Source: Psilocybe cubensis (taxonomy: Eukaryota). Taken from it: DNA of 64,000 bases. The stretch is from NCBI GenBank assembly GCA_017499595.2, contig CM039009.1, positions 992,001-1,056,000 of the forward strand, read 5' to 3'. The translations under genes were made by a program, and so were the position numbers. How positions within the stretch are numbered: position 1 is the first letter of the stretch; every line of letters begins with the position of its first letter. Shown here one piece after another: positions 1 to 13,224 of the stretch. Below the pieces are notes generated by a model, which saw only the letters and a program-made list of their open reading frames with translations, searched no databases and had not been told where the DNA came from.

Positions 1-69
1 GCGCTTTGGTTCTCTGCATTATACCGCCATCTCACACAGTGCCCAAACACCGGCACCAAAAAATAACCC

Positions 70-1338
70 ATGTCTCTCCTTGTCCTGTCTGCGACTGATG
101 TGGACGAAATAGCAGCAACTTTCACACTTGACGAGCTGCAATACCTTATGGCTCAGGTATTTGCCCGACTTTCCAGCTCTTCTGCCGGACTCCAAGGTTT
201 AGATTCTGGGATATCTATGCCTCCTAGGATCAGTCTCCAAACCGATAGCCATACCACCCTGTTTATGCCAGCTCACATTGGCCCCCTACCTTTCGCTGAA
301 AAGGCATCCGGCTCATCCGGCTCCAGTGGTGACCAGTTGGTGAAAACTGCGATCAAAGTTGTTTCTGTGCCTACCAAAGACAGCTCTAAAGGCCTTCCTA
401 GTACTACCCTGATGTTAGACGAAAATACGGGTTCTGTGAAGGCTGTAATAAATTCTCGCAAGTTGACTGCTCTACGGAATGCTGCTAGTAGGTCTATGGT
501 TCAATTCTGAAGCACTGTTGGTATTAACTTAGACCACGATGAACCATCGATAGGCTCACTCCTGTCTACTAACTTAGCAGGACCCGCTGAGCCTCGATCT
601 ATTGTTGTATTCGGCGCGGGACAACAGATAGATGCACACCTAGATCTCCACCTTCGATATTTTGCAAGTATCACCACATGTACTATCATCAATCGTACAC
701 TCAACGATCGCGCCATCTCTCTACGGGTTAAGATGGCGTCTCGGTTTCCTCACCTTCAAATAAACTTGATCTCCTCGACATCTCATACTGATGATTCGAC
801 CCAGAACAGGAATCTCCTGGAACACGCTGTGAAGTCTGCGGATATTATTATATGTGCTACTTCATCCACAGACCCCTTGTTCCCTTCGTCATGGGTCAAG
901 AATGGGTGCCATATCATTCTTATTGGAAGCTACAAGCCCACCATGAGAGAGATTGACAAAGCTCTTGTTCTCAGGTCGATCCCGTCCCAAATCCGTGACA
1001 AATACATTTCCAAACCCTTTCCAATTTTACTCGTCGACTCCAGAGAGGCCTGTTCTCACGAAGCAGGAGAACTTATTGACGCACAAGTCACTCCCTCTCA
1101 GATGACAGAAATCGGAGACATTATCCCGAAAAACTCAAATAATACTCTATCACGCGATTCTTACCTCGATCTGCAACCAAGGTCTAGTGACATTGAAGAT
1201 GGATATGAGGGACCTGTGTCTATTTTCAAGTCGGTTGGCATTGGATTACAAGACGTAGTTATCGCTAGCGCCATTTTTGAAAAGACTCACAGGTTGGGAA
1301 GGAAATTTGGAACCCTTGTGCAAAATTACGACATTTAA
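70..1338 (+). CDS. Ornithine cyclodeaminase / mu-crystallin family NAD(P)-binding protein (2 exons; intron 488-553)
   Basis: Motifs TTLFMP, AIKVVSVP, LTALRNAAS/SLL, Rossmann VVFGAGQQ, ADIIICATSS, HIILIGSY, EAGELI and IFKSVGIGLQDV. GTAGGT..TAG intron joins ORF 70-487 in frame to the 733-1338 ORF. Confidence 0.9.
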
Positions 1339-1496
1339 ACGATTTACAACGAAGGTCTTGTCATATAACCAAAGAACTAAATAAATGTACAGGCTCTCCT
1401 CAGTGCTACTTGTTTTCTGCGACGATGTTACACATGATGTCCGCTTTTCTGCTCAAAGTGTGGGGTATAAACATTTCCAAAAAATGTTGGTGATAT

Positions 1497-2598
1497 CTAT
1501 TGCGCGACAAGCTTGTCCAACCATTCCACCAACTCCTCCGCCCAATCTTCTCCTACACCAGTGCTCAGCGCCCAGTTTAGACTGATATGATTGTGTCCTT
1601 TGGCAACAATCTTCTTCACATCCTCGCCAGTTTTATCTTTGACCTCCTTGTGGAAAGAAACGCCAGCATCAAGTAGCCAGTCGGGTTCATTCTCCCCTTC
1701 CACCATCAAAATTTTAGGCAATGTCTCCGCAAAGCTCTTCGACAACTTTCGATAAAAGAGCATCGGGGCATTCGCATGAACGAGTTCTATAGTCCCGCCA
1801 TAATAATGGATGTGGATCGGAGCAGTAGGCCAGTCCACGGTCATCATCGATAAATCATATGGCGGTGACTCCAAGATAGTCGCCACAATTCTCTTTCTGA
1901 GCTCGTCGTCCTCCGCCAGGACATTCGTATCCCACACCATGGTCGCGACATGCGCCGCCCCCGCAGAATGACCCATGAGCGCGATCTTCTCGAGATCAGG
2001 GGATGGCGAGCCGGGCGAGACTAAGCATTCGTCGGCATGTGCGACCACCCAACGAACAGCGTCGCGCACATCCTCGGCGGGGGCGGGATACGTGATGTGT
2101 GGCACGAGCCGGTAGTCCGGGACGACAACGATGTAGCCGCGTCGAGCATAGAATGCCCCGACGCACGCGTAAACGAGCCCGAACGTTTTTGGGGAGATAC
2201 TGCGCTCGCCCGTGTTGAAACCCCCTCCGTAGATGAAAAACAGTATAGGCGTTTTCTTGCGAGAGCCCTGCTCGAGAGGGTAGTATACGTCTAGCTGGAA
2301 GTCATATTCTGAATGTGCTCCTGACAAAGCCCCTATACGACGGGAGCAGATAAGAAATGTAAGCGTACCTGGTGCCTATCGGTGTTTCCATACTTGAACG
2401 ATTTCGTAGGAATTTCCTGAATAAACGTTTTCTTCTTCTTCAACAACGGCGCGAAAGCAGCCACGGCTGTCAAGAAATGCATATCATTATGTTAACTCTG
2501 TCGGCTGATGTAACAGGATCTATCAAGACAAATAGCCACCTACTGGGGTCAATAACCTTGGCGATTTCTTTATCTTGGAACTGAGCGATGATATCCAT
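1497..2598 (-). CDS. Alpha/beta hydrolase (esterase/lipase, HSL-like/BD-FAE type), 3 exons
   Basis: Spliced start MDIIAQFQ..KSFKYGNTDRHQ/LDVYYP; oxyanion motif FIYGGGF; PDYRLVP; nucleophile GHSAG; C-terminal GHNHIS. Confidence 0.88.
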
Positions 2599-3109
2599 TG
2601 CAGATTTGTTGTGGTTGTAGAAAGAGTCCGCGAGCGGTGAGAGAAAAGATGGTTGATCGAAGGGTGGGACGTTGAGGTCGCTTTTTAGTCAGCCAACCAG
2701 GTGGTTGTCATCTACCGTGGACACTGATTGAATCCTTTACATCTCACATGCATTTAATATTCGTAAAGCGTGTAAATGTATATGGGATTGAAAGCAAGTA
2801 GCAGTATGTATATATCACAGAAGGGCAAGCAACAAAAATCCAGCAGCTATAGTACAACACCTATAAAACGAGAGAGCTAGTATATATAATGGATGGTGGG
2901 TGATCGGGTGGTGTGATGCAGGTCAACGAAAACAAAGTACGCAAACGGGAAAATATGGAGCAGGGAGGGATGCGCGTGAGTATATGAATGTGGGTGGGTA
3001 CATATAGTTATGAAGAAGTAAGATGATGAGGCACAAAGGGGTATCCACCATGAATAACTATGAACCACCCAGCGAAACCAAGGTAGTCTATGTACGAAGG
3101 GAATGCAAA

Positions 3110-5903
3110 TTAGGCAGACTTGCTAAGATACTCTTCGCAAGCAGGAGGTACGGAGTATCCCTAAAACGAGAAGATAAGCAAAATTAGAGACAAATACATA
3201 GAGTCATTACTTACGTTAGTCCTGGATCCTCCTCCCCAAGGAGTGCGGTCGCGGACAATGGCATCGGGTCCTAAGCCACGAGAAGCAAATCCGGCCCAAA
3301 GTTCACAGAAGTTCTCACCGCCAGTGAGGATCTGGTCGGCTTGGATGATAGCATCACGGGCCTCGAAGAATGAGGGCCTGCAAGTCTGTAGCTTCATACC
3401 GTTGATAACAAGCCTAATAAAACGTATTAGCATGATTCTCAAAATCAGCGGTGATGGTTAAACGTACTGGACAATTAAAGAATTGCCGTGCTTGGGAACA
3501 AGTGCCCCCTTCTTATCTGCACGGTAGAAGTCGCCGAGAGGAACAGTACCATCGTCAGAAGGTGAGGGAGGGTAGAGTTCCTCGGTGAACCCATGCTTCT
3601 CAATGAGTTTCTGCGAAACAACCCAAAGAATTTCCGCCCAAACTTCACCAATAGCATGCACACCCCAGTATCCAGGCTTATCGAGAGTCTTATAGGTAGA
3701 AGGGTTTATTGATTCATCCTATCATGAATGAAGATAAGGAAAGTTAGAATAGAACACAAAAGTGGCTGTGCCTTGCTTACCAAGGAGTAGGGGTAGTTCC
3801 TGATACCGTTGGCACGGTTAGCGGCCCACGAACCCATAGCATAGTCGGAATAGAGTTTCTTGCTGCGGATGATGGTGGCAAGGAAATCGCCCCAACCTTC
3901 ACCCATACCACCGCTCTCACCCCAGCCGAGACATCCAGAGTTGGCCGGTCCACCGGTCAGACGTGTGCTCAAACCATGACTCAATTCATGAATGACAATT
4001 CCAGCTTCAAGGTCGCCATCTCTGTAAGGAATAGCCGTGTTCCAGAGGTACATGCGCATGCGGCCATTTTGCCCATCGGGAGGAGTCATGAAGTTGGCGT
4101 TGTTAAATCCTGAGCCATCTTGAGCATTGGCAATGACAGCATCATTCTGTGCACCACCACGACCAAAGTTGTACTGTTGGAAGTTCCCGGAGACCTCGTC
4201 AAAACCATATCTGTGGAATTGAGTTGAATTTGAGATGAGTTTTATACTTGCAGCATTGACACTAACCGGTAGTAGAGATCATGAACCATGTTGGTGGTAT
4301 AGAACAACTGGGAAATAGTGTGGTTGATGTACTTCTGAGCTTCGTCCATTGCATCAGGTTTCTCGGTTTCCTGAGGATCGTATTCGAAGTCGAACTTCTT
4401 TGATTTGCCTGCCTCTGGGCGGTAGTTGTCGATGTAGGAATTCTGTCCTTGCCAATTCTCTTGCGCGAAGACCTTTGGCAAAAATGATCAACAGACCATT
4501 TGGTCAGGTTATGCCATAAAGACTTACGTTATTTCCCCAAGTGGTGGTGGTATTCCTATAGAAATCCTTAGTTGGCAACCTCGCACCTCGGAAACTTGGG
4601 TCGTTGGCGTAAGGAATGGAATGCCAGCCAACAGGGGAAGCCAGAGAATCAAAGTTCTCCGTCTCAGGTGTCCTCTCGCCACATTCAGGATCATTGACAC
4701 CCCATTTCAAAACATTGTATACACCGGGAACAACGCCTGGCTGAGGCTTGGGAGTCGGAGCATCGGACGCCCAGTCGACCACGGAGATGATTTGATGAGG
4801 AGCAGTAGCAGAGACGGCTGTCTCGTACCAGTTGTCCTGCATTTCAACTTCGAACTAAATGGTTGTTAGTTTGCTTCCTCAACGAGTACAAGATAAAACA
4901 CACCTTCCACACAAGGTGAAGCTCAGTACCGTCACGGGCTTCGTTGGGCACTTGAACATACGCCAGCTTGGCCTTCACAGGATTGACAGAGTCAGGAACA
5001 TTATCAGCGGTGAACTCGATGGCGTGTTGGCCAGCCGAAGGAGCAAAGTGACTGATAGGCGTAACAAGCATCGAGTCCTTGTGGTGGTCAAAGCGATTGA
5101 TGATGTCAGCAGCCACTTTGGAGTTGGGAGTGGCGGTGGCCATAAACTTGAGCAAAGCTGGGCGGAAGTCTGCAATATCGTCGGTGTTGGTGAACTCGGG
5201 AAGCCCGAACATTCCGCAATTACTTTCATGGATATGTTGCAGAACAGAAATAGCTTCCGTGTCGGCAGACACAGGGCTCTGCCCCATGATAACCTGTTCT
5301 GAATCTACGACATTGGTGCGCAGAAGAGTGTGGTACGACTGGAACAATTGTTCACAGGCTTCCTGCCTTGGCTCACGGAGAGCGCTTACGGCGGGGTTGC
5401 TGAATGGAGCAGGAATATCCCCTTTGAAGAACTAAACAAAACCATTTAACGCATATACAAAAGGATATGAAGAGTATACACACTGAATCTCCGTAGGACA
5501 AAATTTGCCCGTCCTTAATGTTGATGTTCATGTCTCCGTCGGTGACCTCAAGACCGTTGACGAACTGCTTCACATAGACATGGGTGACGCCAGTGTTCTT
5601 GTCGGTGTATGAATCCTCTCGAATCACATGGCTACCATGACTTGGAGTAAGGTAGTCCCGCAAGAACATGCGCGCAACCTGCATAGGTGGGGTTGAGGAG
5701 AAGTAGTTGCCAGGACCATTGACATTGATATCATGGGGGTTAGTCTTGAATACAGCATGGGGGTGCTCTGGCCCAAAACCAAGGGACTTGCGACGAAGAC
5801 CTGCTCGACCTTCGTCGAGAGGTGATGACTCTGCTAGTCTGTGACCATATATATGGCCCGTCAGACTCGCTACGACGAGCGATGCTGTCAGAAAGCAGCG
5901 CAT
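3110..5903 (-). CDS. Secreted fungalysin (peptidase M36) zinc metalloprotease, multi-exon
   Basis: Signal peptide; FTP propeptide ([23 protein letters not shown]); [34 protein letters not shown] = HELSH; third ligand in [36 protein letters not shown]; stop at 3110-3112. Confidence 0.95.
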
Positions 5904-7099
5904 GTTAAAGAAAGTTTGAAGATGTGGGGAAGTAAGGGGTAAGAGACTGGTTAAAGACTATATCCCCTAGGTGGTCTGGTGTATAAAGAGAGGGAAGGGA
6001 GACGAAAGAGATACGGGGATGGTTGTGGTTTAAGAACAAGCCCCGCCGATAAGCGTCCCCATGCTGACTCCGGAGTCCAGTGGGGGCCCGGAGTATTTGT
6101 CTTTGTTTGGCCCGTGGCTGCGGGGTAGAATGACTCAAATCCTCTCTTTGGTCGTTGCCATCACATGCACCGCATTCGGGAGTAAGTTTAGATTCCGTCT
6201 AGGAGTCTCAATGACAAACCGCGTGCATATCCGTCTTTCTAAATTGTCTGCCTTGGTACTTGCTCTACGGACAATTATATACAACTTACCGACGATAGGC
6301 TCACTCGGCAACACTGCCGTACTGGACGGAATCCTTATAAGTACCAAACAATATTCAACAACATGCCACTGCCAGCTCATCGACAACCGGGATTTACGCA
6401 AGACCCCCAAAGAACGGATTAATTCACAACCATCAGCCCCACGCCGCAAAAGTGGCGCCATTGCTAAACTTGGCACACCCACAGGTATCAAAAATGGATT
6501 TAGATAAGCGCCCATTCCCAACGACATCAAGAATTGCTTAAAAACACCTTGTAGGTTAACCCCAGATATGAAATACAGTCCTCTTTATGTAGCGTGAAAG
6601 ACCATCATGGAATTGATTATGTGTAAATCTGGAGTCCGAGTCATAGCTCCGCCCCTCATTCCTTGCCTGCGAGTGATGCCTTAGGTTACATGCGTTTCCC
6701 GCGTGTTCATGATTCGGAGTATGGACTCCAAATGTGGCTTGGGAATCACTTAACTATTTGTGCCCCCTCGTGGTAAGTAGGATTTACGAACCACTTACCC
6801 CGCGTCCGTCACAAAAGCACAGCATTCACATTATGACGTTTCAACTATCAATCATGATAGTATTATGCGGCAAATTACTAAATGACTATCCTGCACTGAC
6901 TATTTTTGTGAGCCACATGAATATTACCAGTAAAGTGTCATATTGAATATCAGTTCGTGTGAATAGAGTATTTGGTTCACTTTACCGCCCCAGAGGGAAG
7001 ATCCCTTCGCTAAATCATCAACACCACTTCCAAAATTGGTTGTGAAATTTACAGATTTTAATATCATGATTGGTCAATGTGTCTTTTTTTCTATTTAAT

Positions 7100-9050
7100 A
7101 TCAATCAGTGTCCATAATCCACTAGGGTATCTGAGTAGCCTCTCGTACATACCCAAATGGGTGAGGATCATCCAGAGAATAATATTCGAATGGAATAGCT
7201 GCTTTTGCCGTTGTTATATTTATCATCGAATACACACTTCGTAGATATCTAAAAAAGTCTTTTGTCAACAAACTCCCAGAAGCGCTAGAGAAAAACCACT
7301 GGGACTTACTTTTCGTCTAAAAAGGGGTCGGCCTAAACGTAGTATTGCGCGGCTACGCGAAACATCCAATCCATTTGGCCTATTAAAATTGCGATCTCTC
7401 TCTGTATTCAAAGCTGGCAAAGCGGCTCACGTTTCTTCGACTCTTCGTCGCACATGGTGATGTATGCAAACACACCGTTCAACAGCGTTGCCGAGGAAAA
7501 TAAATAACCTTACTTTTTTAAAAAAAACTAACTGTATCTTTTTTGAAGTTCATGAACATATTCGGTATAAGTGGTATTTGATGCCTGAGGTGATGCTCGT
7601 CATACTTGCCACTATCTTCACCGCGGACTCCTCGGCAGCATGCAGCAGATTTGACCTCTTTGATAAATAGCATTGACCTACATGGTAAGAACATCAAAAA
7701 ATGATCAATGAAGACAGGTGGTGAAAGTAAAAATGTGAGTTGTAAGAGTGAAGCGAGGGAAAGAGAGATGGATGCCAATCCTTCTGTATAATCACCACTG
7801 ATTTAAATTGCTACATGGAAGTCATAATTAAACAAAATTAGTATCACTTCGGTTTGTCATCGAAGACATATTTTTAGCCATCAGCATGGTCGGATCTGGT
7901 GAAAGGGAAAATGGAATAACTGCAATAGCGACATCCATCAAGCGCCTTCTATCGTACGAATTTATACCATTACTAGTAAGTATCAGATAGAAACCTACTT
8001 TGAGTGGCACGCCGCTTTGAGGTCAGTCTTGGCACAGGGGACCACTGATCCTAATTGGGAGAACAAGGATTATGATAAGAGATCATGCACAAACCCCGTA
8101 AACTCGGAGAAGTAGTCTATAAGAAAGAAGGTAACAGATGGATAATAAACCTGAAAGAAATGTCTATTCAAAGGACCCAGTCATGACTTCCCTGTTGTCA
8201 ACCATACCCCTCGGATAGACCTGCTCGCATAATGGACTGGGCAGATACGACGTAGCGCGTGGACCTTTGACCCTCTTACTATCCATGCCCGCGCCATGCT
8301 TTGCCAGCAATTTGTTAAGTTCTACGACCGATTCGTTGTAGATATCTTGCGCTACATCGCATAGCCTATATAAAAGAACATTCAACAATTCCGCCGGACA
8401 AAGGGAAACGGATCAGCCAATGAAGCGAAAGCAGACATACCATTTATTCCTGGGATTCTGTGCAAGTATAAACCTCTGAAGGCAAAAAAACCTATCGACT
8501 TGGCTCTTCGAAGCAATCAAATAGTCCCACATCTCAGCGTCGTTTTGTGGAGGCGTAATCATTCCACAACGCATTTCAAACTGGATCAACTCCAATTCAC
8601 GAAAGAGTTCCCTGCCGTAATTGGCTTCCGGCAATGTGGACGTCATCGATCGTGAAAGAGATAAGGTGTACCGCTGGTATTAGGTTTTCGGGTTGATGCA
8701 GTCGGTGAACTTGAAAGATTGAGTGAAAAGCCCCGTTTAATCCGTCGCGGGGTCCACGTTTTATACATTCAGCTATGTTCCCCGGTGAAAGGGCCGCACC
8801 CTCAATGAGGATTCCCCGAGCACCTGAGCACATTTTTCCACGCCTAGATTATGCCGTTTGGAGCAAAAATAGAAACGGCCTGTTATTTGCTGATCGATGC
8901 TTAGCCATGGCCAACCCCGTTAATTGACCCCAATCCGCATAATATGCAGGGCCAAGATAAAAGTAAATTTTGCTTAATGAAGAAACTACCTTAACCACCA
9001 AAAAAGCTGTGTCGATCCCTTTGAGAGTGGCGATTGTGAATCATAAAGGG
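7100..9050 (-). pseudogene. Decayed or hypothetical multi-exon gene
   Basis: Several collinear minus-strand ORF pieces (8164-8388, 8413-8646, 8597-8833) with splice-like sites but in-frame stops and frame changes. No family recognised; boundaries approximate. Confidence 0.3.
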
Positions 9051-9957
9051 CTTACTGGAGTCAGATCAATGTGAAAAAGTAGGACAACGAAAGATCAACA
9101 AAGGCCCGTCTGTAATCAAGTGCAATGATGTGAATGGATGGGTCCGGTGAGCGCTTAACTACTAATCACACGAATCTAAGAGTTATATTGCTTTCAATTA
9201 TTTCCTACTACAGGTTAAAGCTAATTAATACCAATGTGTAAGCTCCCTAATTTGAGGGTGGTTTATAGTATAGAGCCCAATATGAGGATTAAGCATCGAT
9301 TATTAGTACTACAATACCGCCAGTAGTATACTAGAAAGTGGACGAGATATGATGAGCTTTCTCGAGGCCCGCATCTGAGCAATGTTCTCGCAGGGAGCTT
9401 TTGGAATCCTCGTGGATTTAATTGTAGACAAGGTAAGGTCAGCTGTTCAAGATAGGACCTGAGAAGCTTGAGCTGATGATCGAGTAAGGTCAAATGTATC
9501 AAATTATGATTGTAGTTCGCGTTCATGTCGCCGAACGTGAGGATCTTTGTCGTCTTCAGACCACTATACGAGTATTAAGTGAGAGTATAAATTGATAATT
9601 TTTTTTGGACAGCACATGCCCTTCAGAGGTATATGTTGACGTTCAAGTCACTCATACCTCATTATCTGTAGTTTGCGTGTTGTATCCTAATTGTGTCTCT
9701 TGCAGCTGTTGTGACGCCGGTCAATGCGTGCCGGGTGTCCATGGCCGTAAAGGCGCTTAGCGAAGCGCGGGAAAGATTCACCACTTCAAGCGCCTTTGCT
9801 TACTAATCGTCCATCAAAGATCTTGGCCTTGGTAACTGTAATATGTTTTTTTCTCGACTCGACCATCAACGACGTACTGTCAGAATCAGACAGTGGTCAT
9901 CGCTCCAGCAATCCTTCTCTTCATCAGGATACCCACTCTCCTTTTCATCTCCATGAT

Positions 9958-10977
9958 ATGTGCTCGCGGATTTTCTCAATAATCGCCCTTCTTTACGCCT
10001 TCTGTGTGATCAGTTTGGTTAATGCGCACCCCGGTAGCCATCATGGTTCATTCCTCCAGAAACATAACGGCCACAACCAACTTCACAATCGTCTAATTAG
10101 CAGGAACAATGTTACCGAATCTAGTATTGCTCCACAAGTCGAAAATCGAAGGCGAATCCGAAATTCATGTGTCAGGAAACCACAGGACACCATAAGCAGC
10201 ACGTCTATCACTAGCAGTCATGTCTTAAGCACGCAGACACCCAAACCATCAAGTACAAATGTCGCCGCGACAAAGACAGCCAAGCTTGCTGCCGCTGGAA
10301 TTCAAGCCAGTGCTGCACCCACCGCGGTCCGAACTTCCCCTGCGGACCCATACCTCCTAGAACTCTCCAAACCCTATAACAACGCGAACAATCCGCTCTT
10401 TAACAAAGTTTATGTCGGACAGATGACATACTAGTGAGTTCCTTGCTTCATTGTTTTTCCTGTTTTATTACATTGCTCATTTTTTGCAGCGCTCAGGGCC
10501 TTGGGGCTTGTGGCGACACCTACGATGATTCTTCCTTCACAGCCGCAGTCTCCAAACTATTGTATGATGCTTGGCCGGGGGCCACGGCCAGTAGAAATCG
10601 GTACGATCATCAAACTTTGTGTGTAAAAATAGAATAATATCTGATCTCCTACTGCGATGTACAGCAATCCCATTTGTGGCCCCTATGTTGGAGGACGCAA
10701 AATCATCAACGATCTTGGTCTGTTTGTCACAGCCGTTCCGGGCTCGGAATTCATCAACATCGGGGGCGACGGCTTCCCCAACTGTGATCCTCAATCCCAA
10801 TGCCATGTACCTCTCACAGCAACCGTCAAGCACGGCAACAAATCTATCCAGGTGAAGATTGTCGACCGCTGTGAGGCCTGTGCGGAGGGTGATATTGATT
10901 TAACACCCACCGCATTTGCTGCTCTAGCCGATATGTCCTTAGGGAGGACGTCGGTAGAGTGGTCTTTCAACAAATAA
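9958..10977 (+). CDS. Secreted RlpA-like double-psi beta-barrel (expansin/loosenin-like) protein with Ser/Thr-rich linker
   Basis: Signal peptide MCSRIFSIIALLYAF; GQMTYY/AQGLGACG; TAAVS; NPICG; VKIVDRCEACAEGDIDLTPTAFAALAD..GRTSVEW. Introns about 10434-10489 and 10601-10664. Confidence 0.9.
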
Positions 10978-11328
10978 TCGTGGATTACGCTGGTTCGCTA
11001 AATTTTTTGTATTATTTACTTCTTAGGAACTGCTCAAGTGGAAGGTCAGAGACCTACAAGCACTAACTATGTAATGCGTAGCACTGCTTTGCTATATATC
11101 TATTGTGATAAATTGTTGATCTTTGGGGCCGACGCACTTTTGAATTCTCGCATGATCAAAATGATCAATCACTTGTTCCCAACAAATGAAAACTGAACTG
11201 TCTTGGTAATTCAAGACTTGGAAGGCACCTTGCCAACTAATTTCAGTGCAGGTGAGAATTCGTTATCGCTGCTCTTGAAATAGATACACACCAGTGCAAG
11301 CGCTTATAAAGTGGGCAAATAGCATTTG

Positions 11329-13224
11329 TTAAACCAGTAATAGAAAAACTGGAATAATCAAGGATCCCGCCAACACCGCTAAAACCGACTGCAGCTTCAA
11401 GGAAGATGCAGCGGATGTATTGCCATGTCCGACTGCCAAAACCTGTTTTCTATAAACTTTGAGCGAGTTAATGCTCCAAGTTGCATTCTGCAGCAAATTT
11501 ATCAAGGTTAATATCAATCCTATTGGCTCTCACTCACCTCAAAATTTGCAGGGTCCATTATACGATCTGCACAGGTGCCGGGGCAGCCACTCGTAGCATA
11601 AGAATTTCCAGCCCATACGCCTAAAATGGATGTTCGCTTAAACTTGGGATAATGATTCAATATTGTAAACGAAACAAACCACAAAATGTGATATCTATAA
11701 AGTTAATTGGGGAGGTCAGTTTGTTACAAGCTTGTGTATTGGGTGCATGAATTCCATGCTTACCAAAAACAATTGAATGATTGGCGAAGTATTTTGGAAT
11801 ATCACACATAGTGTTCCTGAGCATCGCAGATGGCACTCCCCACAGGGAAGGATTCGGCGTCCCTGCAGTTATGTCGGCAGGGATCGCAGCACGGAAAAAA
11901 GACCCTTAAACAAGGATTCAAGTTATGAGGACACAGGAATTGTCCATTCATACTCACAAACTGAAATATCATTTTCATCCCATTTCATGGCCAGGACGCC
12001 TCCTCCTTGAGATTCAAAAAATGGGCCATAGGAGGCTCTACTCCATTCCACCACATCGCATCCAATATTCACAGTTTCATTGGCCACACAGTCGGTATTC
12101 TGAATGTCGCCGATTAGTTAACAGTCGTTTAAACCAGAAAGAAATAAGTACCCCAACTTGACCTGTGAAGGTTGCGTTGGTATCAAAAATACAACCTTGA
12201 ATTTGGTCAATATAATGGTTTTAATGAGCGGTTGAAGCGTTATATACCTGCGTCAGTGTGCCATGTTATCTGGTTATGTTCGTTATCGTGTACACCCTCC
12301 AGGATATCAATTTCGCCCACCTACATCGAACTTGATTATCCGTTCATGCTTTCTACAAATGAAGAAACTCACATGGGGCCAAGGGTTTCCAAAAGTCCAG
12401 AAAGCGGGCCAAATAGCTTTTCTACTATAAGACACCAACGACCGACAATGATGAAAACAACGTACCACAACCCCAAGGAGCTCTATTAAGGTCCAAAATA
12501 AACAGGCCAGTGGTATATATCTTTTGACTTGTGATTCTGATACTGATAGTTCCAAAGTAAATCAGCGAGTCGAACGAAACTAAACGATTTATGTTGGGGT
12601 TCGTTGTACCTTGCACGACTAGCATTAAATGGCAGAACCGAAGTGTCATCTGCTTTCATAAAAACCGTCCCATTATCTGCCACCCAGAATAATCCCATCT
12701 CTTGAGCGGTGGACTTATTGACATAGCTTTCGACAATTTTCTCGTTAGAATTTTCAGTATTACAGTAGAAGCTGATTGAACTAACTTTACTTGGCCGCTG
12801 ATTATAGCAAAGTAATTAATCATAAGTATATGCTAATTTGACATAGTTCAGTGGTTTATTTCTCACTGTGTTGGATCGTCGACGTCAAAGAAATCCCATT
12901 CACTAGAGCGAAATATGTTAACGTCGACCAATACATAAAACTGGTAATGGATGCTTACTCAAAAAATGTCTGCCCTGCATACGTATCCTGTGGCAGCCAA
13001 ATAAACGGAGTGCCATCAGGGTTGGTAAGGGTGCCAGAATCACTGTCATCCCTCTTTTGTGAGTTGAGAGAACGGCCCCATTTTGTCGGCCAGAGGCTCT
13101 CGTACGATTGATGAAGACTCTTCGCTAGCCTTGAAGAGACTCCGGCTTGATCTGGGAGGGCGGATATCAAAGTGACGATGATTAAGATTACAAGCAGACA
13201 AGATAGTGGATCTCTAGGTGTCAT
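11329..13224 (-). CDS. Glycoside hydrolase family 16 (endo-1,3(4)-beta-glucanase/Lam16A-like), probably GPI-anchored or membrane-tethered
   Basis: Signal peptide; YAGQTFF; DPTHGQVNY; SIRITSQKIYTTGLFILDL; WPAFW; catalytic GEIDILEG (about 12295-12320); FENATWSINSLKVY; hydrophobic C-terminus. Many short introns and about 12-nt microexons. Confidence 0.93.
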
